Positions 1 through 10,767 of a stretch of DNA of 32,000 nucleotides are shown piece by piece. Position 1 is the stretch's first letter; the number at the start of each line of letters is the position of its first letter. The DNA comes from an uncultured Gammaproteobacteria bacterium (GTDB lineage: Bacteria; Pseudomonadota; Gammaproteobacteria; GCA-002705445; GCA-002716945): positions 4,862 through 36,861 of the forward strand of contig CAJWIW010000001.1 of assembly GCA_913041865.1 (NCBI GenBank), given 5' to 3'. The notes under the pieces are model-generated. The model saw only the letters and a list, made by a program, of their open reading frames with translations. It searched no databases and was not told the DNA's origin. The translations under genes were made by a program, and so were the position numbers.

Positions 1-1573
1 AGAGGACTATCTTGGTCAAGAGGTCACAGAAGCTGTAATCACTGTTCCAGCTTACTTCAACGATGATCAAAGAAAAGCAACTAAAGATGCAGGTAAGATT
101 GCTGGCTTAGATGTCAAAAGAATCATAAACGAGCCTACAGCGGCTGCACTAGCTTACGGTTTGGATAAACAAAAGAATGAGCAAAAGATTGTTGTATTTG
201 ATTTAGGAGGAGGAACTTTTGATGTCTCTATCATAGAAATTTCAAACCTTGATGGAGAGCAATCGTTTGATGTCTTGTCAACAAATGGAGACACATTTCT
301 TGGTGGAGAAGATTTTGATCTCCGCTTAATTGATCACCTAGCAGATGAGTTTAAAAAAGAGCAAGGTGTAAACTTAAAAAATGACCCAATGGCGATTCAG
401 AGACTTAAGGAGGCAGCTGAAAAAGCAAAGATAGAGCTTTCATCAAGTACTCAAACAGATATTAATCTACCTTATGTTACAGCAGACGCATCAGGACCAA
501 AGCATCTTAATATGAAGCTAACACGAGCGAAATTAGAATCTTTGGTCGATGACTTGGTATCAAGGACATTGGACCCATGTAAACAAGCACTAAGTGATGC
601 TGGCTTAAATGCTAGTGATATAAATGAAGTAATTCTAGTTGGCGGGCAGACAAGAATGCCGAAAGTACAGGAAGCTGTTCAAAATTTTTTTGGTAAGGAG
701 CCAAAAAAAGAGGTTAACCCTGATGAGGCTGTTGCAATGGGAGCTGCAATCCAGGCAGGAGTTCTTGGAGGAGACGTGAAGGACGTTCTTCTGCTTGATG
801 TAACTCCATTAACACTTGGTATCGAAACTATGGGAGGTGTTAGAACTCCATTAATTGAGAAGAACTCTACTATCCCCACAAAAAAATCTCAGGTTTTCTC
901 TACAGCAGAAGATAATCAACCCGCAGTTACAGTCCATGTTCTCCAGGGAGAAAGAGAGATGGCATCAGGTAACAAATCTCTTGGAAGATTCGACCTAACA
1001 GACATACCACCAGCACCTAGAGGCACACCACAAATTGAAGTAACATTTGATATCGATGCAAATGGTATTCTAAACGTGTCTGCAAAAGATAAAGCTACTG
1101 GTAAAGAGCAGTCAATCGTTATCAAGGGGTCAAGTGGCCTATCAGATGAAGAGATAGAGAAAATGAAAAAAGATGCAGAAGTTCATGCGGACGAAGATAG
1201 AAAGGCTAAAGAATTAGTTGATGCTAAAAATCAGGCCGAAGCAATGATTCATGCTTCTGAGAAATCTATTAAAGATCTTGGCGATAAGGCAGACAAGGCA
1301 GAAGTTGATAAAGTTAATGACGCAGTTGGTAAATTAAAGGAAACTTTGAAAACAGACGACGTGGAGAAAATAAAAGAAGATACAATGAAACTAACTGAGG
1401 TAGCTGGAAAAATTGCAGAACAAGTTTACAAAGAGCAAGCAGAGAATTCTCAGCAAAATACATCTAGTGAGACTTCAGGTAATGAAGAAGAGTCCAATAA
1501 AGACAATGTAGTCGATGCAGACTTCACAGAAGTCAAAGAAGATAAAGAAGAGAACAAAAAGGCTAATCAATAA
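1..1573 (+). CDS. dnaK: Molecular chaperone DnaK (Hsp70), 5'-truncated by window edge
   Basis: Frame 2 is open from nt 2 ([53 protein letters not shown]) and runs into the listed ORF ([32 protein letters not shown], acidic C-terminus). The track's 'M' at 161 is an internal TTG. Confidence 0.97.
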   Translation, partial: EDYLGQEVTEAVITVPAYFNDDQRKATKDAGKIAGLDVKRIINEPTAAALAYGLDKQKNEQKIVVFDLGGGTFDVSIIEISNLDGEQSFDVLSTNGDTFLGGEDFDLRLIDHLADEFKKEQGVNLKNDPMAIQRLKEAAEKAKIELSSSTQTDINLPYVTADASGPKHLNMKLTRAKLESLVDDLVSRTLDPCKQALSDAGLNASDINEVILVGGQTRMPKVQEAVQNFFGKEPKKEVNPDEAVAMGAAIQAGVLGGDVKDVLLLDVTPLTLGIETMGGVRTPLIEKNSTIPTKKSQVFSTAEDNQPAVTVHVLQGEREMASGNKSLGRFDLTDIPPAPRGTPQIEVTFDIDANGILNVSAKDKATGKEQSIVIKGSSGLSDEEIEKMKKDAEVHADEDRKAKELVDAKNQAEAMIHASEKSIKDLGDKADKAEVDKVNDAVGKLKETLKTDDVEKIKEDTMKLTEVAGKIAEQVYKEQAENSQQNTSSETSGNEEESNKDNVVDADFTEVKEDKEENKKANQ

Positions 1574-2697
1574 TGTCAAAAGCTGACTATTATCAGACAC
1601 TTGGCGTGAGTCGAGATGCATCTGCTGCTGAAATCAAAAAAGCTTACAAAAAACTGGCTATGAAATATCATCCTGACCGTAACGCAGGAGATAAAGCATC
1701 CGAAGAAAAATTTAAAGAACTTTCCGAAGCATATGAAGTATTGAGCGATCCTAATAAAAAGCAAACTTATGATCAATTTGGTCATGAGGGAATGAATTCA
1801 CGATTCGGCCAAGGCGCTGGCGGCTATACTTATTCAGGTGAAAGCTTCAATGATATTTTTGGCGACATATTTGGCGACATATTTGGTGGTAGTGCTTCGT
1901 CAAGAAGCCGCCAAAGAAGGGGAAGAGATCTAGAATACCAATTATCATTATCATTAGAAGATGCAATCTCTGGCAAAGAAGTTAATATATCGATCCCTAC
2001 ATTAGTATCATGCACGGATTGTAACGGCACAGGTGCACACAAGGGAAAATCTTTCTCCAAATGCCCACAGTGTGACGGTGTTGGTCAGGTGAGAATGTCC
2101 CAAGGTTTTTTTTCTGTCCAACAAACATGCCCTCAATGTAGGGGGAGAGGGAATATAATTGATAGACCTTGTTCAAAATGTTCTGGTGCTGGAAGATATG
2201 AGAAGACAAAAAAACTATCTGTAAAAATTCCAGCGGGTGTAGACACGGATGATCGTATAAGACTATCTGGAGAGGGTGAGGCTGGAGGAAGTGGTGCAGT
2301 ATCCGGTGATTTGTATGTAACGGTTAATGTTAAACCTCATAAAATCTTCCAAAGAGATGGAAATGATTTGCTCTGCGAAGTTCCACTTAATTTCACATCT
2401 GCAATACTTGGCGATGATGTAGTTGTTCCGACACTTGATGGCAAAGTTGAACTTAAAATACCAAAAGGAACTCAGTCTGGTAAAACGTTTCGTGTCAAAC
2501 AAAAAGGCGTCCAATCCGTTCGATCTAGAGAAAAAGGTGATCTATATTGTAGAGTGCACATAGAAACTCCAGTTAATTTGACAAAAGAACAAGAGGAGCT
2601 TATAAAAAAACTAGATGAATCATTTGGGAGAAGTAAATCAAAACATAGTCCAAGACAAAGAAACTGGTATGATAGTATTAAAAACTTTTTTGAGTAA
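1573..2697 (+). CDS. dnaJ: Co-chaperone DnaJ (Hsp40)
   Basis: J-domain with YHPDRN (HPD), G/F region ([13 protein letters not shown]), four CxxCxGxG zinc-finger repeats ([32 protein letters not shown]). ATG overlaps the dnaK TAA by 1 nt. Confidence 0.97.
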   Translation: MSKADYYQTLGVSRDASAAEIKKAYKKLAMKYHPDRNAGDKASEEKFKELSEAYEVLSDPNKKQTYDQFGHEGMNSRFGQGAGGYTYSGESFNDIFGDIFGDIFGGSASSRSRQRRGRDLEYQLSLSLEDAISGKEVNISIPTLVSCTDCNGTGAHKGKSFSKCPQCDGVGQVRMSQGFFSVQQTCPQCRGRGNIIDRPCSKCSGAGRYEKTKKLSVKIPAGVDTDDRIRLSGEGEAGGSGAVSGDLYVTVNVKPHKIFQRDGNDLLCEVPLNFTSAILGDDVVVPTLDGKVELKIPKGTQSGKTFRVKQKGVQSVRSREKGDLYCRVHIETPVNLTKEQEELIKKLDESFGRSKSKHSPRQRNWYDSIKNFFE

Positions 2698-2703
2698 AGC
2701 AAT

Positions 2704-3447
2704 ATGACAAACATCGCTATCAATGGTTTTTTCGGCAAGATGGGACAAGCAATTTTGCTAGAATCTCATAATTTGAATTCTTGCATAGTTACTGTCGGAT
2801 CTGATAAAGAGGAACTAGTTAATAAAAATTCCATAGATAATATTGTACTAACAACTGATATTTCAAAATGTGCCGATAATTTTGATGTAGTAATTGATTT
2901 TTCTCTGCCAAACTCCTCGTTAGTGGTTGCAAAAGTTTGCTCAGATCTTAACAAACCACTTGTAATAGGCACAACAGGTTTTACTGAGAAGGAGTTCGAA
3001 TTAATATCAAATTACTCAAAAAAAACCCCCATTTTGATTGCTCCTAACATGAGTATTGGTGTTAATGCTAGTTTTGATGCAATCGCAACTTTATCTAAAT
3101 TGCTTCCAGACTACAAAGTCAATATTTCAGAGACCCATCACAAGAATAAAGTCGATAGTCCATCAGGTACGGCATTAAAATTTGCAAATGTTGTATGCGA
3201 TGCAAGAGGAGAGAGTCTCGGTGATATAACTAATGAAAATTGTCCAATCACTTTTCAGTCATTTAGAAAAGATACAGAAATAGGTTTGCACACTATCACA
3301 TTTAAAGGTTCAGCAGATCAAATTGTATTTACACACACAGCAGATAATAGAAACATTTTCGCAAACGGTGCCTTAAGAACAGCAGAGTGGCTCGCTCAAC
3401 AAAAGCCTGGATATTATAATTATCAAAACTACATGGAGTCTATATAG
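2704..3447 (+). CDS. dapB: 4-hydroxy-tetrahydrodipicolinate reductase
   Basis: N-terminal GFFGKMG dinucleotide fold and the DapB signature ETHHKNKVDSPSGTAL. The dnaJ-dapB order matches Pseudomonas-type gammaproteobacteria. Confidence 0.92.
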   Translation: MTNIAINGFFGKMGQAILLESHNLNSCIVTVGSDKEELVNKNSIDNIVLTTDISKCADNFDVVIDFSLPNSSLVVAKVCSDLNKPLVIGTTGFTEKEFELISNYSKKTPILIAPNMSIGVNASFDAIATLSKLLPDYKVNISETHHKNKVDSPSGTALKFANVVCDARGESLGDITNENCPITFQSFRKDTEIGLHTITFKGSADQIVFTHTADNRNIFANGALRTAEWLAQQKPGYYNYQNYMESI

Positions 3448-4376
3448 TGAGAGATTACGCAGTTATATTTCCTGGGCAAGGCTCACAAAATGCTTCAATG
3501 CTTCAAGAATATTCGAGTAATAAAGAGTTCAATAATACCATTGATGAAGCCTCTGAGATCCTCGGTTATAATATAAGGAAAATTGTTTTAGACGAAAAAC
3601 TTAACAATACTCTTTACACACAACCTGTGCTACTTGCAGTATCAATTTCTATCTGGAATGCTTTGCGATCTAAGTTAGCAACGTTACCAAAAGCAGCTGC
3701 TGGACACAGTCTTGGAGAATATAGTGCACTCGTAGCCGCTAATGCGCTCAGTCTTAAGGATGGCCTAGAACTCGTCTCTTATAGAGCCTCTCTAATGGTA
3801 GAGCACTCTAAAAATAATCCTACGTCAATGGCTGCAGTTATTGGATTGGATCAGAACAAAATAATTAAGCTCTGTGAATCGATATCAGAGCAAAATTCTG
3901 TCATAGAGGCAGTGAACTTTAATTCACCTCAACAAACAGTTGTAGGAGGCCATGCCGATGCAGTAAATAGAGCTATTGATATTTTTAAAAAAGAGGGCGC
4001 AAAACTAGTAAAAAAACTATCTGTGAGCCTTGCCTCGCATACTTCACTTCTTAAAATGTGCTCAAAAGATCTTTCTAAATATATGAATAATATGTCATTT
4101 AACACGCCGTTATTCCCAATTATACATAATTTTGATGCATCGTCTAAAACTCAAATTAGTGATATAATTAGTTCTTTAAGTGAGCAGGTTTGCTCGCCAG
4201 TAAAATGGACAGAGTCAATGATTAGAGTTTCTGAAATGGGTATCAACACTTTTCTAGAGGTAGGTCCAGGGCAAGTATTGACAGGCCTAGGTAAAAGAAT
4301 TGATAAGAGTTTTATAACATATCCGCTATTTAAAGAGTCGGATATCACTAAAGCACTAGATGGACTCAATTCATGA
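3447..4376 (+). CDS. fabD: Malonyl-CoA:ACP transacylase
   Basis: FPGQGSQ N-terminus and GHSLGEYSAL active-site serine motif. GTG start overlaps the dapB TAG by 1 nt. Confidence 0.95.
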   Translation: MRDYAVIFPGQGSQNASMLQEYSSNKEFNNTIDEASEILGYNIRKIVLDEKLNNTLYTQPVLLAVSISIWNALRSKLATLPKAAAGHSLGEYSALVAANALSLKDGLELVSYRASLMVEHSKNNPTSMAAVIGLDQNKIIKLCESISEQNSVIEAVNFNSPQQTVVGGHADAVNRAIDIFKKEGAKLVKKLSVSLASHTSLLKMCSKDLSKYMNNMSFNTPLFPIIHNFDASSKTQISDIISSLSEQVCSPVKWTESMIRVSEMGINTFLEVGPGQVLTGLGKRIDKSFITYPLFKESDITKALDGLNS

Positions 4377-5116
4377 GTGAAGATATAGGTAATCGAGTAG
4401 TTCTAATCACAGGAGCAAATCGCGGTATAGGACTTGCAATTTTTAAGGCTTTTTACGATTCAAATTATATTGTGATCGGTACTTATCGTTCTGAATCAGG
4501 ACAAGAAATACTTAACGATATTATATCAGATGAATCTAGGGCAGCTGCTATGAGAATGGATGTTACCTCTAAAAAGGATGTTACTGATGTTTTTAAAAAA
4601 GTAAGAGAGAGATTTGGTTCTATCTCAACACTTATCAACAACGCAGGAATAACTCATGATAATCTCTTCATGCGTATGAAAGATGAAGAGTGGGATGAAG
4701 TCATTGATACCAATTTGAATTCTGTCTTTAGAATAACTAAAGAATCAATAAAAGATATGATCAAATCTAAATTCGGACGTATAATAAACATAGGATCGGT
4801 AGTAGGTCTGTCCGGCAATCCAGGACAAGTAAACTATGCATCGTCGAAATCTGCACTTTTAGGCTTTACAAAGTCACTCGCAAGAGAGCTTGCTAGTAGA
4901 AATATTACCGTTAACACGATTTCGCCAGGTTTTATCAAAACGGATATGACCAAGAAACTTACAGATGATCAGCAAACAGCAATCGCGAAATCTATACCAC
5001 TTTCAAGGCTCGGTAGTACTGATGATATTGCTAATTTAGCTATCTTCTTAGCATCAGATAAGGCTTCATATATCACTGGCGAAAATATTAATGTCAATGG
5101 TGGCTTATATATGTAA
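4373..5116 (+). CDS. fabG: 3-oxoacyl-ACP reductase
   Basis: SDR motifs TGANRGIG, NNAG and YASSK. ATGA overlap with fabD; sits in the fab cluster. Confidence 0.95.
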   Translation: MSEDIGNRVVLITGANRGIGLAIFKAFYDSNYIVIGTYRSESGQEILNDIISDESRAAAMRMDVTSKKDVTDVFKKVRERFGSISTLINNAGITHDNLFMRMKDEEWDEVIDTNLNSVFRITKESIKDMIKSKFGRIINIGSVVGLSGNPGQVNYASSKSALLGFTKSLARELASRNITVNTISPGFIKTDMTKKLTDDQQTAIAKSIPLSRLGSTDDIANLAIFLASDKASYITGENINVNGGLYM

Positions 5117-5164
5117 AATTGATCTTTTTTAAAGTAGAATAAGGCTAATTTAATAAAAACAATT

Positions 5165-5172
5165 AAGAGGAG
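5165..5172 (+). promoter_or_regulatory. Shine-Dalgarno sequence for acpP
   Basis: AAGAGGAG lies 8 nt upstream of the acpP ATG at 5181. It sits in one of the few real intergenic gaps (64 nt) of the + strand block. Confidence 0.6.
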
Positions 5173-5180
5173 CAAAATAC

Positions 5181-5417
5181 ATGAGTAACATAGATGAGAG
5201 AGTGAAAAGCATTGTTGTTAAACAGCTAGGCGTAAAAGAGGATGATGTTAAGAATGAGTCTAAATTCATAGATGATCTTGGTGCCGACTCTCTCGATACT
5301 GTTGAGCTAGTAATGGCTTTAGAGGAAGAATTCGAAACTGAAATTCCAGATGAAGAGGCCGAAAAAATTACAACAGTTCAAGAAGCTATAGATTATATAA
5401 ATAAAAATTTAAATTAA
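5181..5417 (+). CDS. acpP: Acyl carrier protein
   Basis: 78 aa with [20 protein letters not shown] (phosphopantetheine Ser in DSL). Confidence 0.97.
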   Translation: MSNIDERVKSIVVKQLGVKEDDVKNESKFIDDLGADSLDTVELVMALEEEFETEIPDEEAEKITTVQEAIDYINKNLN

Positions 5418-5421
5418 TAAT

Positions 5422-6663
5422 ATGAGTGAGAGAAGAGTAGTAGTCACAGGATTAGGATGTATTACTCCAATCGGTAATAATAAAGAGGATTTTTGGTCTT
5501 CTCTGCTCTTGGGAAAATCCGGTGCAAAACCAATAGAACATTTTGATGTCTCCAATATGTCAGTCAAATTCTCTGCTTCAGTCAAAGATTTTGATACAGA
5601 AAAATATTTCGATACTAAGGAATTGAGGAAATATGATAAGTTTATGCAATACGGGCTTGCTGCAGGGATCGATGCAATAGATGACTCACAGCTAAAAAAT
5701 GCTGAAATCGATCCTCTTAGGGTTGGGGTATCTATCGGTTCTGGAATTGGTGGATTGCCAAATATTGAAGATACAAGAGTAACTTACGATAAATCCGGCC
5801 CAAGAAGAATTTCTCCTTTTTTTGTCCCTGCAAGTATAATTAATATGATATCTGGCAACCTCTCTATCAAATACGGATTCAAAGGTCCTAACTTATCAAT
5901 AGTAACGGCGTGTACCACCGGTACTCACAATATCGGCGAGGGATTAAGGCAAATACAATATGCACACGCCGATGTAATGATTTGCGGAGGAGCAGAAATG
6001 GCAACTAGCCCTCTTGGAGTCGGTGGTTTTGCTGCAGCTAGGGCTTTATCTACAAGGAACGATGACCCTGAGAAAGCGAGTAGACCATGGGATAGGGACA
6101 GAGATGGGTTTGTTCTTGGTGATGGTGCTGGTGTGCTTGTTTTGGAAGAGCTTGAACATGCAAAAAAAAGGAATGCAAAAATTTATGCTGAGGTTATTGG
6201 TTATGGAATGAGTGCAGACGCATATCACATGACATTACCATCTGAGAATGGCGAGGGTGCAACTAGATGTATGGAATTAGCCATCAAAGACGCAGGCATT
6301 GACCCGCAAAACATTCAATACATTAACGCTCATGGTACTTCAACTCCAGCTGGAGATGTTATTGAGGCCGCAGCTATTAAAAATCTTTTTTCAAGTAGTA
6401 GTAATCTTGTGGTAAATTCAACTAAATCAATGATAGGGCATCTACTTGGTGCCGCAGGTGGAGTTGAGGCAATTGTGACTGTCCTGTCAATTTATAATCA
6501 AATGATTCATCCAACCATTAATATTGAGAACCAAGATCCAAATTGTGATTTAGATTTTTGTAAGGATAGCTCGAGAGAACATAGCTTTGACTTTGCATTG
6601 AGTAACTCTTTTGGTTTTGGTGGCACAAATGGGTCACTCGTATTCAGTAAATACAAAGAATAG
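5422..6663 (+). CDS. fabF: 3-oxoacyl-ACP synthase II
   Basis: KAS II length (413 aa), active-site Cys in ACTTGTH, His motifs HGTSTPAGD and GHLLGAAG, C-terminal NSFGFGGTN. Confidence 0.95.
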   Translation: MSERRVVVTGLGCITPIGNNKEDFWSSLLLGKSGAKPIEHFDVSNMSVKFSASVKDFDTEKYFDTKELRKYDKFMQYGLAAGIDAIDDSQLKNAEIDPLRVGVSIGSGIGGLPNIEDTRVTYDKSGPRRISPFFVPASIINMISGNLSIKYGFKGPNLSIVTACTTGTHNIGEGLRQIQYAHADVMICGGAEMATSPLGVGGFAAARALSTRNDDPEKASRPWDRDRDGFVLGDGAGVLVLEELEHAKKRNAKIYAEVIGYGMSADAYHMTLPSENGEGATRCMELAIKDAGIDPQNIQYINAHGTSTPAGDVIEAAAIKNLFSSSSNLVVNSTKSMIGHLLGAAGGVEAIVTVLSIYNQMIHPTINIENQDPNCDLDFCKDSSREHSFDFALSNSFGFGGTNGSLVFSKYKE

Positions 6664-6666
6664 GGT

Positions 6667-7491
6667 ATGACGTCAAAGCAGTATAAGATCTATATTAATC
6701 CAAAAAATATAGACATTAAAGATAGAGGTTTCAATTTTGGAGATGGTATATTTGAAACCATTTTAGTGAAAAATAATTCTCCTAAAAATATTAATGAGCA
6801 TATTAAAAGGCTTCAACAGGGTTGTGAGTTAATAAAGATTAAACCACCATCATTTAAATTAATTCTATCGAACATCAAGAGAGCTATTTTGAGATATCCT
6901 AATTGTATTTTGAAAATATATGTGACACGTGGATTAAATGAACAAGGCTATCTTTTTGATGAGGATATAGTTCACAATATCTATTTCAGAACAATACCCA
7001 AGATCCCATCTATAATAAAAATCACAGGATTAAATCTTAAAGTTTCCAGAAATATCCTGCATCCAAATAGATTCTTTAGTGGGATTAAGCATATGAATCG
7101 TCTTGAGCAATCACTTGTAGCTCATGAGTTGCTGGATAATAAGAAATATGATGATATGCTTTTAGTAAATGAAAAAAAAGATATAATTGAGACAATATCT
7201 TCAAATATTTTTTTCGTGAAAAAGGTTAAGGCTAGATTATACTTTTATACTCCAAAAATAGATAACTATGGCGTCGAGGGAGTTATGAGAAATAAAGTAA
7301 TTAAATGGTTGAGGAAAAAAAATTATAAACTAGTTATCGGAACTATCAGTCTTAAAAAAGTGCAAGAATATGATTATTGCTTCATTACTAATTCAATTAA
7401 AGGTTTAAGGTTTGTGAATAAAATTAACTCGGTAAAGTTCAGTGATCCTGATCCTATTCTAAGAATGCTAGAGGGTTTAGTTGTATCATGA
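6667..7491 (+). CDS. pabC: Aminodeoxychorismate lyase (fold-type IV PLP enzyme)
   Basis: FNFGDGIFET and GIKHMNRLEQ (PLP-lysine motif, close to E. coli PabC GIKHLNRLEQ). Position after fabF as in E. coli. Confidence 0.85.
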   Translation: MTSKQYKIYINPKNIDIKDRGFNFGDGIFETILVKNNSPKNINEHIKRLQQGCELIKIKPPSFKLILSNIKRAILRYPNCILKIYVTRGLNEQGYLFDEDIVHNIYFRTIPKIPSIIKITGLNLKVSRNILHPNRFFSGIKHMNRLEQSLVAHELLDNKKYDDMLLVNEKKDIIETISSNIFFVKKVKARLYFYTPKIDNYGVEGVMRNKVIKWLRKKNYKLVIGTISLKKVQEYDYCFITNSIKGLRFVNKINSVKFSDPDPILRMLEGLVVS

Positions 7492-8108
7492 AAAAAGGTA
7501 AGTTTATTGTATTTGAGGGCAATGAAGGGACTGGAAAATCTACGCATATTAAGCGACTGTCCAAGCATCTTGATAGTATTAGTCACAAACATATGGTGAC
7601 TAGAGAGCCTGGAGGCACTGACTTTGGCGAAAAAGTCAGAACAATTTTACTTGATACTCAGTCGCAGCTAGATCCACTATCTGAAGCTTTGCTTTTTTAT
7701 TCATCAAGAATCATGAACTATAGGAACGTAATTCTAGAAGCAATCAACAGAGGAGAAACAGTAATATGTGATAGATTTCACTTTTCTACGTTAGTTTATC
7801 AAGGTATGTGCCAAGACTGTAAGGAGGTAACTGATTTACATATGGTGCTGGATAATTATTTTTCTAAATATATCTCATTGATAATTTATCTAGATGCTGA
7901 CGTAGAAACATGTTTATCTAGAATGGGCAGAAGAAGCACAAGTGACAAATTTGAATCACAAGGGAGAGATTTCATAACTAAAGTAAAAAGTTCTTACGAT
8001 ACTCTATTTTCAACAAATAAAAAAGTTTTTAGAGTTGATACTGCTAATAATGCAGATATTGTCTCTGATCTTATTATCGAGAGAGTTCAAGAGGTAATAA
8101 ATGAGTAA
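7488..8108 (+). CDS. tmk: Thymidylate (dTMP) kinase
   Basis: FIVFEGNEGTGKST P-loop, TREPGGT, DRF motif. ATGA overlap with pabC. Confidence 0.93.
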   Translation: MKKGKFIVFEGNEGTGKSTHIKRLSKHLDSISHKHMVTREPGGTDFGEKVRTILLDTQSQLDPLSEALLFYSSRIMNYRNVILEAINRGETVICDRFHFSTLVYQGMCQDCKEVTDLHMVLDNYFSKYISLIIYLDADVETCLSRMGRRSTSDKFESQGRDFITKVKSSYDTLFSTNKKVFRVDTANNADIVSDLIIERVQEVINE

Positions 8109-9069
8109 TCAGGAGGCTAATATAAAACTTTTTCTCGAACAATGTAATTTTGAGAAAAAGAATTACAACTATCTATTGACTGGTACTAATGGAAGTGAAA
8201 AATTAAATTTCGTTACAGAGATTATAAAAAGATACTTCTTTAATAAAGATCAGATAGATTTGAAAGATCCTTTAAATCACCCAGATGTAAAATATATCTC
8301 ATTACCGATTTATGATAAGTCATCAAAAAGAATAGGTGTTCTTCCTGAAGCAGATAGACTCCAGTATGATTATGGATTAATTGACTCACTCGATACAAAC
8401 AAAATTGGCAAGGAAATTGTGATAGATCAGATAAGAGAATTAACAGATTTTCTAAATCTGTCATCTTATCTTGATCATAAGTTCGTGATTATCAATAAAT
8501 GTGATTATTTAAATAGAGAATCAAGTGCTGCTATCCTAAAAACGCTAGAAGAGACTAATTCTAGTAGCATTTTCTTTTTGATTACGTCTGAGCTATCATC
8601 AGTATCAGATACTATTATAAGCAGATGTCAGAAATTTAATTATAAAAGAAAAGAAATAAGCGCTAATTACTGTTCCTATTATGAGTATTATATTTCCTCT
8701 CTTCCAATTGAAATAGTGACTGAACATAATTCAATTTTGTCTAAATTAGAGACTGTAGAAGATGATATATCTGCTTTGAATAAAAGAGATTTACCTGCTC
8801 TAACTTTTACTGATAAATGGTCACAATTAGATAAGCTCTTGATAGATTATCTGATAAACTTATTTTCTCTATTGTTGAAAGGCAGATATCTCGACAACAA
8901 AACAAGTGAAATATATAAACATCTCCAACAGAAAATAATCTTAGATGAAGATAAGTTAATCAATATATTAAAAACTCTACTCAAGAAAAAATCAGAGTAT
9001 CTAAATGTAAACATTAACAAGAAATTATTCTTCGATGACTTATTAATTGTTATTAATAATGAATTGTAA
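8101..9069 (+). CDS. holB: DNA polymerase III delta' subunit
   Basis: Position after tmk. Motifs NHPDVKYI and SSAAILKTLEE (AANALLKTLEEP-like), SRCQ sensor motif. The P-loop is degenerate (TGTNGSEK), as expected for delta'. Divergent overall. Confidence 0.75.
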   Translation: MSNQEANIKLFLEQCNFEKKNYNYLLTGTNGSEKLNFVTEIIKRYFFNKDQIDLKDPLNHPDVKYISLPIYDKSSKRIGVLPEADRLQYDYGLIDSLDTNKIGKEIVIDQIRELTDFLNLSSYLDHKFVIINKCDYLNRESSAAILKTLEETNSSSIFFLITSELSSVSDTIISRCQKFNYKRKEISANYCSYYEYYISSLPIEIVTEHNSILSKLETVEDDISALNKRDLPALTFTDKWSQLDKLLIDYLINLFSLLLKGRYLDNKTSEIYKHLQQKIILDEDKLINILKTLLKKKSEYLNVNINKKLFFDDLLIVINNEL

Positions 9070-9081
9070 TACTATTCGTGT

Positions 9082-10236
9082 ATGAAAAAAGATAGTAAAA
9101 ACAGAGTTATACCTTTCTTTCGTGGACAGAGTGCTGCAAATACAATGAAAATAGCAGATACTTTTGAATTCAGGAGAGGAGGAAAGCTGAAAGATGTTTC
9201 TATAGCGTACGAGACATGGGGTGAGCTAGATTCATCTAAATCGAATGTTGTGGTTATATTTACAGGACTGTCTGCTAGCTCACATGTAACCTCATCGAGT
9301 TTTAATTCAGCAGCTGGATGGTGGGAATCTATGGTTGGGCCAGGCAAATCTATTGATTCTGATAAACACTTTATAGTTTGTATTAATACACTTGGCAGCT
9401 GTTTTGGCTCCACGAGTCCAGTGAGTATGAATGCAAATACAGAACAACCATATCGACTATCTTTCCCTGAATTAACTGTCGAAGATATGGCAAAAGCATC
9501 TTACACACTACTAGAAAAACTTGGCATTAGTGACATAAAAATTTTAGTTGGTCCTTCGCTTGGTGGGATGCAGGCCCTTGCTTTTAGTATTATGTTTAAT
9601 CAGTCTGTAAAAAACACGATTTTGATTTCTACTGCAACACAAGCCACTCCTTATGCGATAGCTATTCGTTCATTGCAAAGAGAGGTTATAAGAAAAGACC
9701 CAGATTGGAACAATGGTTTTTATTCGTATGAGAATCCTCCATTAAACGGTGTAAGAATAGCACGAAAACTGGGTATGACATCATACCGATCATCTGCCGA
9801 GTGGCAACAGAGGTTTGGCAGGAAAAAATCATCCTCAGAAAAATTAACACAAAATACTTTTGGAGTTGATAATACTAGTTTTGAATATGAGATAGAATCA
9901 TATCTTGAGCATCATGCAGTAAAGTTCCAAAATGTATTTGATGCAAATTGTTATTTATATTTATCAAGAGCAATGGACTGGTTTGATGTGTCAGATCATG
10001 GGAAATCAACGCAAGATGCACTTGCTAAAACTTGCATTGAAAAAGCGTTAATTATTGGTGTTACATCAGACACACTTTTTCCCTCTTACCAGCAGAAAGA
10101 AATTGCGGAATGCTTATTGCAAGCAGGAACAAAGGTTGACTATCAAGAATTAGATTGTATACAAGGACATGATTCATTCTTGGTAGACATTGAATCTTTC
10201 GGTAAAAAAATTAGAAATTTCATTCAAAGTTTATGA
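9082..10236 (+). CDS. metX: Homoserine O-acyltransferase (MetX family alpha/beta hydrolase)
   Basis: VVIFTGLSASSH, nucleophile elbow GPSLGGMQAL and C-terminal GHDSFL catalytic His region. Acyl donor (acetyl vs succinyl) cannot be judged by eye. Confidence 0.88.
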   Translation: MKKDSKNRVIPFFRGQSAANTMKIADTFEFRRGGKLKDVSIAYETWGELDSSKSNVVVIFTGLSASSHVTSSSFNSAAGWWESMVGPGKSIDSDKHFIVCINTLGSCFGSTSPVSMNANTEQPYRLSFPELTVEDMAKASYTLLEKLGISDIKILVGPSLGGMQALAFSIMFNQSVKNTILISTATQATPYAIAIRSLQREVIRKDPDWNNGFYSYENPPLNGVRIARKLGMTSYRSSAEWQQRFGRKKSSSEKLTQNTFGVDNTSFEYEIESYLEHHAVKFQNVFDANCYLYLSRAMDWFDVSDHGKSTQDALAKTCIEKALIIGVTSDTLFPSYQQKEIAECLLQAGTKVDYQELDCIQGHDSFLVDIESFGKKIRNFIQSL

Positions 10237-10715
10237 AAATATATCACTCATTAATCTTTTTTATCATTACGTTATTTTCCATTGATATATTTTCCGAAGA
10301 ATATGAGGCTATAGTCCTAAAGGTCATTGACGGTGATACAATTTATATTAAGTCAGACAATGGTCGAAAGAAAGTAAGACTTCGTCATATTGATGCCCCT
10401 GAAATTAAACAACCATACGGTGAGCAGGCAAAAAACTTCCTCGATAATGAATTAGATGATAAAAGAATTATCGTTAATTCCGACTATAAAGATAAATACG
10501 GTCGTGATATTGGCGATATCTTTGTTTATAACAAAAATCAGGCTATCTACATTAATGCTAAATTAATTAAATCAGGAAACGCTTGGGTTTATAAATCATA
10601 TCGAAAAAATCCTTACCTCATGAATTTAGAAAATTTTGCAAAGAATAATAAACTTGGTCTTTGGAAGGGTAATTCACCAATAAAGCCATGGGAATTTAGA
10701 AAAAAAAATAAGTAA
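10233..10715 (+). CDS. Secreted thermonuclease (staphylococcal nuclease/SNase family)
   Basis: N-terminal hydrophobic signal (IFFIITLFSIDIFS), SNase motifs VIDGDTI and VRLRHIDAPE, GLW near the C-terminus. ATGA overlap with metX. Confidence 0.85.
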   Translation: MKIYHSLIFFIITLFSIDIFSEEYEAIVLKVIDGDTIYIKSDNGRKKVRLRHIDAPEIKQPYGEQAKNFLDNELDDKRIIVNSDYKDKYGRDIGDIFVYNKNQAIYINAKLIKSGNAWVYKSYRKNPYLMNLENFAKNNKLGLWKGNSPIKPWEFRKKNK

Positions 10716-10767
10716 GAATCTGTTAATTTCATTTTCAATTTCGCCTGATAATTTATAGAATTAGAGT

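Noticed and set aside
1852-1890. Tandem direct repeat GGCGACATATTT x2 with a partial third copy (encoding [13 protein letters not shown]).
   Set aside because: It lies in frame inside the Gly/Phe-rich linker of dnaJ, a normal feature of DnaJ. It is not a CRISPR or a non-coding repeat.
679-2738. Multiple 66-88-aa - strand ORFs inside dnaK and dnaJ. Similar short ORFs lie inside fabF (6014-6228), metX (9072-9413), the membrane protein, the C-methyltransferase, the ADH, the aminotransferase and others.
   Set aside because: All are nested in confidently identified genes on the opposite strand or in another frame. They have no motifs and no ribosome-binding context, so I treat them as spurious.
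8101-9069. The degenerate Walker A motif in holB (TGTNGSEK) as a possible sign of pseudogenisation.
   Set aside because: The delta' subunit is normally ATPase-inactive with a degenerate P-loop. The ORF is intact and full length.
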